A program made the translations under genes and the position numbers. The notes beneath the pieces are model-generated. The model saw nothing but the letters and a program-made list of their open reading frames with translations, searched no databases and was not told the origin of the DNA. Shown here piece after piece: positions 45,330-54,041 of a stretch of DNA of 64,000 bases. Source of the DNA: Pseudomonadota bacterium (GTDB taxonomy: Bacteria > Myxococcota_A > UBA9042). Every line of letters starts with the position of its first letter. The stretch's first letter is position 1. The stretch lies in NCBI GenBank assembly GCA_005792545.1, contig SXRM01000036.1:5437-69436 (forward strand). Reading direction: 5' to 3'.

Positions 45330-47411
45330 TTAGGCCACCGCCGCCGGAGCCGGAGCGCCAGCCGGATTGGGCGCAGGCGCGGGCGGCGGCGTCACAGCCG
45401 CCACCTTGCTGCCGGCCGGCGCCTCGCTGGTCTTGCCGCGCAGCTTGCTCGGATCGCCAATGCCAGGAATCTCCGCGTACTTCGGGTCGTCGAAAAGCCC
45501 TTTGACCTCGGCAATCCCTTCCACCCCATACTTCAAGATGCTGCGGTAGTTGCCGGGCTCGTAGCTCACGCCCGTGTTGAGCGCCGCCGCCGCCATGATT
45601 TCGTGAAAGCTGTGCGCGCCCGCCGAGCCCAAGTGCGCCAGACACGCCAGTTGGTACTTGAACTGCTCTTCGGGGCTCTGCACGCCGAACATCTTGGCGA
45701 CTTCGTGCAAATCGGTGGTCGTGCCGCTGATGCCCGCCGCCATCGGCATGTTGAAAGTGGTGCGCGCCTGCTGCACGAACGTCTGCGATTCGTCGAGCGT
45801 GTAAGTCTCGACGCCGCGGCTATGCACCTGGTTCAGGCCCAAGCGCTCGCCGTCGGCCGGCATCTGCTGCGGCGAATTGTCGTCAGCGATGCCCTGCGAG
45901 TGCTGGACCTTGCTGCCGTCTTTCATGCGGTCGTCGTAGCGGACGCCATCGGGCATCGGCCCTTTGGGATCCAAGCCGCCCTTTGCGGCGTTGAATCCCT
46001 TGCGCATGTCGAGCCGCCCGCGGGTATCGCGGCCGCTGACGCCTTTGCCGCGCTCGCCAAACGGGTCGGCTTCGCCGGCGTCGGTCTTGCGCAGGTGCTT
46101 CAGATCCGGCGCCTGGCTGTCCGCTAACTGCGCGTCCTTCTGGGCCTTGCGCTCGGCCGCCGTTTTTTTCATCTGGTCCAGATACGCCGCTGCCGGCGCC
46201 GTGCCGCCCACGCCCTTGGCCGCGTCTTTGGCCGCGTCGAGCACTTTGTCCAAGAAGCACTGGTGCGCCAGCATGTGGTTCTGCACGGTGCCACTGCCGT
46301 TGAGCAGCAGATCCGTCATCGCCTGGAAGTAGTCGCCCTTGTCGGCCATGTTGTCGCGGATGCGGCCGTAGAACACGCCGCCCGCCTGCTTGCCGGGCTC
46401 AAAGGCGTCGTACATGAAGCTGAACGACTCAAACGCCGATTCCATCAGCTTTTTTTCGTCTTCCTTGAGCACCTCGGCCTTGGCTTGCAGATACCGATAG
46501 ACGCCGTAGGAGACGTTGTCGACCACCGGCCGGTAGAACTGCTGCGCCCGCAACAGTGCGATGCCGAGCTTGCCCTCGAACTCGACCTTGATCGCCGGGT
46601 TGAAGTTGTCGTCGCGCTCGCCGGCCGGACCGCCGCCAAAGTTCTTGTCGACCTGCTCGCGTACGGTACCGGGCCCGCTGGTGGTCGCGGTATCGACGTT
46701 GCCGGCGTAGGCCTGAACGGCGTCCGACTTTTCGCCGCCTTCTTTCTTGGACCCGAGCAGATCGACCGCCGACTGGCCCGCTACCACGCGGTCGGCCACG
46801 GCATCGGCTTCGCGTTCCAGCGGATCGCCGGGTGCGCTTTTGCCGCCCGGTGGCAAGCGACCCTGACGCTGCTGGATGAGGTGCGCCGCCTCGTGCGCCG
46901 CCATGTGCAGGTCGGGCTTCTTCTGGAACACCACCTTGTCGCCTTGGGTGAACGCCGGAGCGCCCATCTCCTCGGCCGTCTTGCCCGCCGCACCGCCTAC
47001 ATACGAGCGCACGCCCGACAAACTATGGGATCCAAAGGCCTTCTCGATCTGCGCGCGGTAGGGCAGGTCGCCGCCCGGGCCCTCGTCCTTGCCGGCGTCG
47101 GCGGCCTGTTTCTTGGCGTCGGCGCCGCTCATCGTCAGTTCGCCGCCCGGTTTGACGTACTCGGCGCCCTGCTCGTAGTCCTTGCCCTTGAGGTCCTCGC
47201 GCACGGCGGCATCGCTGCCTGGCTTGGCTTTTTGCGGCCCCGCTTGCGGACCACCGCGGCCGGCTGCGGCTGGGCCTTTCTTGGCTCCCGCGGCTCCAGC
47301 CCCCGGGGCGGCACCGGGGATAGGCGCCGCGTTGGGGGCGGGCGCCGAGCTGCCGGGCTTGCCTTCTGCCGGGTTGCGGCCGGCGGGGGTCGGGGTCTGC
47401 GCTGCGTTCAT
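45330..47411 (-). CDS. DUF4157 (zincin-like HExxH) domain protein with large uncharacterised C-terminal region
   Basis: ORF trimmed to ATG 47411 (GGAGG 8 nt upstream). 'IEKAFGSHSLSGVRSYVGGAAGKTAEEMGAPAFTQGDKVVFQKKPDLHMAAHEAAHLIQQ' fits the DUF4157 pattern, including HExxH. The remaining ~480 aa are unrecognised, Lys/Asp-rich, and end in a Pro/Ala tail. Confidence 0.75.
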   Translation of the reverse strand: MNAAQTPTPAGRNPAEGKPGSSAPAPNAAPIPGAAPGAGAAGAKKGPAAAGRGGPQAGPQKAKPGSDAAVREDLKGKDYEQGAEYVKPGGELTMSGADAKKQAADAGKDEGPGGDLPYRAQIEKAFGSHSLSGVRSYVGGAAGKTAEEMGAPAFTQGDKVVFQKKPDLHMAAHEAAHLIQQRQGRLPPGGKSAPGDPLEREADAVADRVVAGQSAVDLLGSKKEGGEKSDAVQAYAGNVDTATTSGPGTVREQVDKNFGGGPAGERDDNFNPAIKVEFEGKLGIALLRAQQFYRPVVDNVSYGVYRYLQAKAEVLKEDEKKLMESAFESFSFMYDAFEPGKQAGGVFYGRIRDNMADKGDYFQAMTDLLLNGSGTVQNHMLAHQCFLDKVLDAAKDAAKGVGGTAPAAAYLDQMKKTAAERKAQKDAQLADSQAPDLKHLRKTDAGEADPFGERGKGVSGRDTRGRLDMRKGFNAAKGGLDPKGPMPDGVRYDDRMKDGSKVQHSQGIADDNSPQQMPADGERLGLNQVHSRGVETYTLDESQTFVQQARTTFNMPMAAGISGTTTDLHEVAKMFGVQSPEEQFKYQLACLAHLGSAGAHSFHEIMAAAALNTGVSYEPGNYRSILKYGVEGIAEVKGLFDDPKYAEIPGIGDPSKLRGKTSEAPAGSKVAAVTPPPAPAPNPAGAPAPAAVA

Positions 47412-47562
47412 CGGGTGGCCTCCGGGGCGTCCAGGGTCCACATCCTACGCCGCAATGGCCGCGGATCGCCACACGGTTGTGCGGCCTTGTCCGCCGCTTG
47501 GGGCTTGGGCTCCCCGCTTTGGCGCGACGCAAACGGCGAAAACCGGGGTCCCGCGACACAGA

Positions 47563-47579
47563 GGGGGGCTTTGTTCAAG
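47563..47579 (-). promoter_or_regulatory. 'TTGAACA-AAG-C6' box upstream of the DUF4157 gene
   Basis: The minus strand reads CTTGAACAAAGCCCCCC, about 150 nt upstream of ATG 47411, in the divergent intergenic region. Confidence 0.3.
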
Positions 47580-47653
47580 TGTCTAATTTGCTTTGCCTTG
47601 GCGACGGCCCGCTCACATGTTCTACACTGGCGACCCGCCTTGGAGCGTCGCCC

Positions 47654-48241
47654 ATGCCCGCCTTGCACCCCGCCCTGGAACTGCTGCCGCGCCTCGACCC
47701 AGCGCTCGCGCTCGACGACCTCGATTGGGCAGTTGGCGGCGCGGTCGCCATGGCCTTTCACGGCTACAGCCGCCACACCGACGACCTGGACGTGTTTTTT
47801 CACGGCGACGACGTCAACCGCGTGCTGTTCGCGTTGCGCAAGGCCGGCGTGGTGTTCGCCACCATCGCCGACCCCTATCACTACGCGATTTTTCCCGACC
47901 TGACCCAACCAGACCGCCGCATCGACTTGCTGTTCGCCTGGGACGACGCCGAATCCGACGCGATTGCCTTTCCCGACGAGCGCACCGTCGAGGTCGCGGG
48001 CGCGCAACGAACGGTCAAGTACTTTCCGTTGCTGTTGCTGGTGGCGTGTAAGCTCCAGTCCAACCGGCCGCGCGACAACGACGATGTCGCCCGCATGTAC
48101 GAACGCGGCCTGTTCGACCCCGGCCAGGCCCGCGTAATCCTGGACCGCCTGGGCGGCGACCCAGAGGCTATCGCGCGGCTGTCGCGCATACAGTCCGGTT
48201 CCACGCTACCGCCACCCAATCGGCGGCCGCGCGGCCGGTAG
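47654..48241 (+). CDS. small nucleotidyltransferase-fold protein (Pol-beta/MNT-like)
   Basis: ORF trimmed to ATG 47654. 'GGAVAMAFHGYSRHTDDLDVFF' matches the G-[SY]-x9-12-D-x-D NTase signature. 'KLQSNRPRDNDDV' resembles the R.KD..D motif of this class. Confidence 0.6.
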   Translation: MPALHPALELLPRLDPALALDDLDWAVGGAVAMAFHGYSRHTDDLDVFFHGDDVNRVLFALRKAGVVFATIADPYHYAIFPDLTQPDRRIDLLFAWDDAESDAIAFPDERTVEVAGAQRTVKYFPLLLLVACKLQSNRPRDNDDVARMYERGLFDPGQARVILDRLGGDPEAIARLSRIQSGSTLPPPNRRPRGR

Positions 48242-48270
48242 GCCCTCGTTTGGCCTTGGCAGCGGAACAA

Positions 48271-48318
48271 GACCCAGACCCTGACCCTGTGCCTGTGCCT
48301 GTGCCTGTCCCTGTCCCC
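48271..48318. repeat. imperfect hexanucleotide microsatellite, 8 units (GACCCA GACCCT GACCCT GTGCCT GTGCCT GTGCCT GTCCCT GTCCCC)
   Basis: Read directly from the sequence. It is intergenic, between the NTase stop (48241) and the HDAC start (48369). Confidence 0.9.
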
Positions 48319-48368
48319 GCCGCCCGCCGCCCTTGCCACCCGACCCGCCACCGGCGCACGCTACGCCC

Positions 48369-50174
48369 ATGGCCGTCTCCGCCCTCGCTGAATTGTGGAC
48401 CGCGCTCACCGCCGGGCCCCGACCGCCCGTCGTCCATCACCCGGACTATCGCCTGCCGCTGACCTCGCTGCTTGCGCGCACCGGCCTCGATCCGCGCCGA
48501 CCTGACCTCGCCCTGTGGTGGTTGCTGGAGCACGGTGGCCTGCGCAAAGCCGACGTGGCGCTGCCCGATCCGGCGACGTGGGCCGATTTGCTGCGGGTTC
48601 ACACCGCCGCTTGGCTGCAGGCTCTGCACGAACCGGACACCGTCGCCCAGGTGCTCGCGGTCGAAGCCTGGGACGTCGACGTGGACGCGCTGTGGCGCTC
48701 GCTGCGGCGGATCGTCGGCGGCACGGTCCACGCTGCGCGGCTGGCGGTCGAGCGCCGTGGGCCGGTGGTCCAGCTTGCCGGCGGCATGCACCACGCCCAT
48801 CCGGGCAAAGGTGCTGGCTTTTGCCCGGTCAACGACCTGGCCGTGGCGGTCGCTGCGTTGCGGCACGATGGCTTCGCGGGCCGGATCGGCATCCTGGATC
48901 TGGACGCGCACCCACCCGACGGCACGCTGGCCTGCATGCGCCACTTGGGCGAACGCATCGGCGCGGCGCAATCCGACACCGCATGGCTAGGTTCGCTGTC
49001 CGGCTGCGACTGGGGACCGCTGCCTGGCGCCGACGAGACCGTGTTGCCGGTCGGTTGCGGCGACCAGGCCTATCTGGCTGCCCTGGATGGCCTACTGGAC
49101 CGCATGCCGGCCTGCGAATTTGCGCTGGTGGTGGCCGGCGGCGACGTGGTGCGCGGTGACCCGCTGGGGCGCCTGGGACTGTCGCTCGCGGGATGTCGTC
49201 AACGAGACGCGCGGGTTGCGAGCCGGCTGCGTGAGATCGGCAGCGTGTGGCTGCCGGCCGGCGGCTACGGCCAGCAAGCCTGGCAGGTGCTGGCGCAGTC
49301 GTGGCTGGCGGTGGCGCGGCGCGACCGCCTGCAGGTTGACCCCAACGCCGATCCGCTTGCCGAGCACGCCCGGCTGATTTCCGAGTCGCTCGACCCCGAA
49401 CGCCTGGGCCAATGGTCGCTGGATCTGGCGGACGTCGAGGCGGAGCTGACCGGTCGCGCGCCGCAGTCGCCGCGGCTGCTGGGCTACTACACCGCCGCGG
49501 GTCTGGAGTTCGGGCTGTCCGAGCAAGGCCTTTTCGGTCTGCTAGAACGGCTGGGCTACCGCGACCTGCGCGCCGACATCGCGCCGGCGCAACCCGGCGA
49601 CCGGCTGCGCATCAGTGGCCGAGTGGGGGACGACGCCATCCGGCATGTGCTGGTCGAGCTGGTGGTCGAACGCGCGCGCCGACCCGAGGGCGATTTGCTG
49701 TTCGTGCACTGGCTCGAACTGCGCCACCCCAAAGGCGCTTTCCACCACGGTCGGCCGCCGCTGCCCGGTCAGTCGGTGCCCGGCTTGGGCATGGCCCGCG
49801 AGGCCAGTGAGCTGCTGGTCCGCATGGCGGCGCGGCTGGGCCTGCACGGGGTGGCGCTGCGGCCGGCCTGGTTTCACGTCGCGTATACCGGGCGGCAGCG
49901 GATGCGGTTCGCGGACCCGGCCCGCCAGGGGCGCTTTGTGGCGCTGGTGCGCGACTTGACGGCCATGCCGCAGTTCGCGGATCCCATGCGCGGCTTCGCG
50001 CTTGCGGCAGCGTCGCGGGCGGTGGCCGAGGGTCAGATTGGGTTGTCGCGAGACCGCGCGGCGGCCGAGGTGTACCGTTGGGAGCCAGACGAATTCGTCC
50101 AGTCGGTCGCCGAGGTGCCCGAGCCGCCGGAGGTGGCGCTTGAGGCGGCAAGTGTGCGGTTCGTGCCGTTGTAG
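48369..50174 (+). CDS. histone-deacetylase-family (Zn-dependent, HDAC11/class IV-like) enzyme fused to an uncharacterised ~280-aa C-terminal domain
   Basis: ORF trimmed to ATG 48369. 'LAGGMHHAHPGKGAGFCPVNDLAVAV', 'ILDLDAHPPDGT', 'VVAGGDV' and 'LPAGGYG' cover the catalytic His pair, the Zn ligands and the Tyr. Residues ~320-600 are not recognised. Confidence 0.8.
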   Translation: MAVSALAELWTALTAGPRPPVVHHPDYRLPLTSLLARTGLDPRRPDLALWWLLEHGGLRKADVALPDPATWADLLRVHTAAWLQALHEPDTVAQVLAVEAWDVDVDALWRSLRRIVGGTVHAARLAVERRGPVVQLAGGMHHAHPGKGAGFCPVNDLAVAVAALRHDGFAGRIGILDLDAHPPDGTLACMRHLGERIGAAQSDTAWLGSLSGCDWGPLPGADETVLPVGCGDQAYLAALDGLLDRMPACEFALVVAGGDVVRGDPLGRLGLSLAGCRQRDARVASRLREIGSVWLPAGGYGQQAWQVLAQSWLAVARRDRLQVDPNADPLAEHARLISESLDPERLGQWSLDLADVEAELTGRAPQSPRLLGYYTAAGLEFGLSEQGLFGLLERLGYRDLRADIAPAQPGDRLRISGRVGDDAIRHVLVELVVERARRPEGDLLFVHWLELRHPKGAFHHGRPPLPGQSVPGLGMAREASELLVRMAARLGLHGVALRPAWFHVAYTGRQRMRFADPARQGRFVALVRDLTAMPQFADPMRGFALAAASRAVAEGQIGLSRDRAAAEVYRWEPDEFVQSVAEVPEPPEVALEAASVRFVPL

Positions 50175-50183
50175 GCCCCGGCC

Positions 50184-51862
50184 CTACTGCACCTGCAAAA
50201 TGACCTTGGCATCCTTGGTGGTGCCGTCGCCGAGCTGCCCCAGGTTGTTGGCCCCCCAGGCCAAGAGCTTACCGGTCGGTGTCCGCGCCAGCGTGTGCTG
50301 ACCGCCCAGCGCCAGTTGGACCAGATCCGCGTCCCCAGACACTTCGGCTGGCGCGGTGATGTACAAAGACTTGCTCGTCGGCACCGCCTGCAGCTTGCCG
50401 TTGTCGCCCCAGCACAGCAGCTTGCCGCCCGCCAGCGCGCAGGTGTGCGCTCCGCCCGCGGCCAGATGGGTAACGCTGGTCAGGGTTGTGATCTTGCCAG
50501 GGGTTGCCATCGTAGACGGCCCCTGTAGCCCCGTCTGACCGTAGTTGTTGGCGCCCCAGCACATCACGTTGCCGCCTTCCAGCAAAGCGCAAGCGTGCTC
50601 CGCACCTGCAGCGATGCCCTTGGCGGCGGTAACGCCCTTTGCGGGCTTGGGAACAAGCGACTCCGCGGCCGACCCGCCGGTCATGCCCAGGCCAAGCTGA
50701 CCCGAGCCGTTGTAACCCCAACACGCCACGGTCGCATCGGCCAGCACGGCGCAGCAGTAGGTATTGCCGCAGTCGACCTCTTTGGCCTTCTGGGTCAACT
50801 GCACCGGCTTCGCCGCCTGGCCTACCGGATTGCCGCCCGAACCGAGCTGCCCAGTGCTACCCAAGCCCCAACATTGCACGGCGCCGCCCGTGTCGCGTGC
50901 GCAGCTGTGGTATTGCCCGATGGCCAGTTGCACCGCCGGCACCAGTACCTGAACTGGCGACGGCTTGGCCTTGCCGGCCTGCCCGTCGGCGGTGACTTGG
51001 GCGTACTGGTTGTACCCCCAACAGAAAAGGCCCTTGGCCGTCGCGGCGCAGCAGTGGTACTCGCCGCAATCGACCTGCGTCGCGCCCGACAGCGTGCCGA
51101 CCACCTGGGGCGTGGTGAACCACTTGCCGTCGCTGGACCCGGCGCCAACCTGGCCCTCTTTGTCGTCGCCCCAACACAGGACCTGACCGCTGGTGCTGGC
51201 GATGGCGCAGCTCAAGTACGTGGCCGCCGCGATGTGCGAGACGCCGGCGCCGATGCCGCCCGAGCACACCCCGTTGGCGCAGGCTTTGGCGGGTCCGCAG
51301 GCTGCTCCGTCGGCTTGGGTCTTGTGGTCGCAGCCCTTGCCGGGGACACAGCTGTCTTGAGTGCACGTGTTGCCGTCGTCGCAGACCTTGGGCTTGCCGG
51401 CCTGGCAGGTGCCGGCAAGGCAGACGTCGCCCTCGGTGCAGGCGTTGCCGTCGTCGCAAGTGATGGCAGTCTGCGGCAATGGGTAGCAGAAGGTGATGCA
51501 CTGCCAGCCCTGGCAGATGCTCGGTGCCGGGCCGCAGTCGGCGGCGGTGGTGCAGGGGGCGGGCCGCCGTCTTTGGCGGCGACGTCAGGCTTGGTGTCGG
51601 CAGCAGCGGCGGCGTCGGCGCCATCGAGCGGCGGCGCGCTGTCGGCGTTCACCGGCGCATCGGCGTCGCCCTGGCCGTCGGACGGATTGGCGTCCTGTGG
51701 CGTGATCAGGGTGTCTGCGGCTTGCACATCGGCGACCGTCGTATCGGTAGCGGTAGCGGCGCTCGCAAAGCTGTCAGCCGCCGGCACCGCCTGCGGGCAG
51801 CCGGGTAGAGTGCTTGCTACAAGCGCGGCGAGGAGCAAAAGCGCCGAAGTACGGGCGAACAT
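50184..51862 (-). pseudogene. Cys-module + 7x RCC1-repeat lipoprotein, apparent frameshift at the G5/C5 run 51555-51559
   Basis: ATG 51862 has GGAGA upstream. The lipobox is LVASTLPGC. The frame of ORF 51212..51967 decays after ...KDGGPPP. The frame of ORF 50184..51479 reads CTTAADCGPAPSICQGWQC...CDDGNACTEGDVC, then seven 'CWG.n..GQ(L/V)G' RCC1 blades. A 1-nt indel would join the two frames. Confidence 0.75.
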
Positions 51863-52074
51863 GCGCGGGTCTCCACGTTTGGCACAGGTTGGCCCCTGGC
51901 CGCCGCGCGCAGCTTGCTTCGGGGCGGCGGCGGGGTCAATCCAGGCGGGCGCTTTGCCATTTTGCACTTGTGCCCGTTTGCTTTGTGCGTCTGCTTCTGC
52001 GTCTACATATGCGCTCCGGGCTCTGTCCGTGTGCCTGTGCGGCCGCGCGTGCTACGCTTGCGCCAGGAGCGCCG

Positions 52075-52380
52075 ATGTCCCGATCTGTCCCCCGCGTTTC
52101 TCCCGCCCAGCTCTCACTTTTCGCGGCGGAACCCCCTGCGGCACTGCCCAACCCTGCTCAGGAACTGCCCGACGTCCGCGACGGCCTGACCCGCACCGAG
52201 CGGGTGGTCCTGTGGCAACTGCACGAGCTGCAAAAACGCTGGGGCGACCGCCGCGTGCCGACCGCGACGCTCTACGGCTACGTCGTCGACGCCGGCGTCA
52301 ACATCAGCCCGCGCGAACTCGAGAACCTGCTGGTGCGCTTGGGCGGCACCAACGAAGACCGCCGCGGCCAGCGCGATTGA
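52075..52380 (+). CDS. small protein (101 aa) with a GyrA/ParC N-terminal-like segment
   Basis: ORF trimmed to ATG 52075. '[27 protein letters not shown]' resembles the conserved GyrA N-terminus '[27 protein letters not shown]'. There is no catalytic Tyr region and no obvious SD. Confidence 0.45.
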   Translation: [101 protein letters not shown]

Positions 52381-52460
52381 CGGCCCTGCAACGCTTGCGC
52401 CGCCAAGCGGTTGCGACTATCTAGCACCCGGCGGTCACGCCGGCCGCCGCCGGAAGACCC

Positions 52461-54041
52461 GTGCGTTCCCTGTGTCGCTCATCCCATGCCCTGCTCGCTG
52501 CCGTGCTCGCTGCGCCCGTTGTCTGCGCGTGCCCGGCCCAAACTCCACCGGCAAGCCAATTCGCAGGCGCGACGGCTGCAGCCGATGCGATCAGTCCCGA
52601 CTTGGGCGCGGCAACCACGGCGGACGCCGCAACCGTCGACACCTCTGCCCCTGACGCGCCGCCAAGTTCAGACGCCATCAGCGCCAAGGACGTGGCCCTT
52701 GCCGACGCTGCACCAGCCGACGGTGCGCCCGTAGGCCCGATCCACGTTTGCGCCGCGACCGCCGGCCTCGGCCTGTACGCCAAACAGCTCGACAACGGCG
52801 CCCATGACCAGATCGCTGCGATGGCCGGGACCGGCGACGGTGGTGCAGTCGTCGTCGGCAAGACCGGCAACGGCGCCAGCCAGACCGATCTGTGGGTGGC
52901 ACGAGCCAGTTCGCTCGGCGCCAAGGTCTGGTCCAAGGCTTTTGGCGGCACGGCTGAAGACGACGGCCGCGCCGTGCTCGCGACTGGTGGCGGCTTTGCG
53001 TTGGCCGGCATGACCAAAAGCAAGGGCGCCGGCAGCGCCGACGGCTGGCTTCTGCGCTTGGACGCAGACGGAAAGCTGTTGTGGGACAAGACCTACGGCG
53101 CCGCCGGCTTGGACGAGTTCTTCGCGCTTACGCCCGCCAAAGACGGCGGTCTGGTAGCGGCCGGCCTGACCCGTTCGTTTGGCAGCGGACTTCCCGATGG
53201 TTGGATTGTGCGCGTCGACGCGGACGGCGGCATCTTGTTCGATCAGCACTACGGCGGCTCGCAGATCGACGAACTTTATGCCATCGCGGCGCTGCCCGAC
53301 GGGCGCTTTGCCGCAACCGGGAGCCTGTCGTCCAATTCCAACGGCGGATCGGACCTGTGGCTGCTGATTATCGACGCCAAAGGCAAGCAAGAGCTGTCCA
53401 AGCCGTTTGGCAAGGTCGACACCGACGACGGCCGCGCCATCGCCGCGCTGCAGGACGGAACGCTGCTGCTGACCGGCACCGCTGGCATCAAAGGCAACCC
53501 TGAACTGTGGACGCTGCGCATGGACACCAGCGGCGCCGTGCTCTGGCAACACATCGCCCCTGGCAACCAGGGCGAGGTCGGTCGCGCGGTGGCCGCGCTG
53601 CCCGATGGCGGCGCTGTCGTTGTCGGCGAGACCAACTCATCGATTGCGGCCGGCGGGTCGCAGGGTTACGACGGCTGGCTGTTGCGGTACGACAGCTGGG
53701 GCAACTTGCTGTGGGAGCAACGCCTCGGCGGTCCCGGCAACGAGTGGCTGACTGGCGTCCTACCCCTGGCAGATGGTGGCTTTTTTGCCGCCGGCCGACT
53801 GTTTGACAGTGCCAGCGCGGCCTTCAACGGCTGGCTAGTTCGCCTGGATCCTTGGGGCTATGCGGACTGCGCGAAGCTCGGCGCTTGCAAGAACAAGGTC
53901 GCGACCGACTGTGACGACGGCAAGCCTTGCACGACCGACCGCTGTGAAACGGTAGACGGCTGCGCGCACACTGCTCTGCCCGACCAAAGCGTCTGTGGCA
54001 AGACCGGGCTGTGCGCCAACGGCACCTGCGTGGGCAACTGA
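52461..54041 (+). CDS. 7-blade propeller-repeat lipoprotein with C-terminal 'CDDGKPCTTDRC' Cys module
   Basis: GTG start. The lipobox is AAPVVCAC. There are seven blades (DLWVARAS.., DGWLLRLDADGKLLW, DGWIVRVDADGGILF, DLWLLIIDAKGKQ, ELWTLRMDTSGAVLW, DGWLLRYDSWGNLLW, NGWLVRLDPWG). The stop TGA overlaps the kinase ATG (TGATG). Confidence 0.8.
   Translation: MRSLCRSSHALLAAVLAAPVVCACPAQTPPASQFAGATAAADAISPDLGAATTADAATVDTSAPDAPPSSDAISAKDVALADAAPADGAPVGPIHVCAATAGLGLYAKQLDNGAHDQIAAMAGTGDGGAVVVGKTGNGASQTDLWVARASSLGAKVWSKAFGGTAEDDGRAVLATGGGFALAGMTKSKGAGSADGWLLRLDADGKLLWDKTYGAAGLDEFFALTPAKDGGLVAAGLTRSFGSGLPDGWIVRVDADGGILFDQHYGGSQIDELYAIAALPDGRFAATGSLSSNSNGGSDLWLLIIDAKGKQELSKPFGKVDTDDGRAIAALQDGTLLLTGTAGIKGNPELWTLRMDTSGAVLWQHIAPGNQGEVGRAVAALPDGGAVVVGETNSSIAAGGSQGYDGWLLRYDSWGNLLWEQRLGGPGNEWLTGVLPLADGGFFAAGRLFDSASAAFNGWLVRLDPWGYADCAKLGACKNKVATDCDDGKPCTTDRCETVDGCAHTALPDQSVCGKTGLCANGTCVGN

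Noticed and set aside
41504-48241. Reading the AAA+ ATPase, DUF4157 protein and NTase as a defence island or toxin-delivery locus, or as a mobile element.
   Set aside because: There are no nuclease, Cas, restriction, phage-structural, integrase or transposase genes, and no flanking direct or inverted repeats. The genes are separated by an ordinary DUF3160 lipoprotein gene and are in mixed orientation. The evidence is insufficient for a system call.
48271-48318. Possibility that short tandem repeats or the Cys-repeat DNA arrays represent a CRISPR array.
   Set aside because: The units are 6 nt, or diverged coding repeats without unique spacers. I saw no repeat-spacer periodicity of 25-40 nt and no cas genes anywhere in the window.
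50175-50183. Near-palindrome GTAGGCCCCGGCCCTAC spanning the 9-nt gap between the convergent HDAC and RCC1 genes, as a possible bidirectional terminator.
   Set aside because: It is not a true inverted repeat (the arms mismatch at the centre), the stem is too short, and no U-tracts are present.
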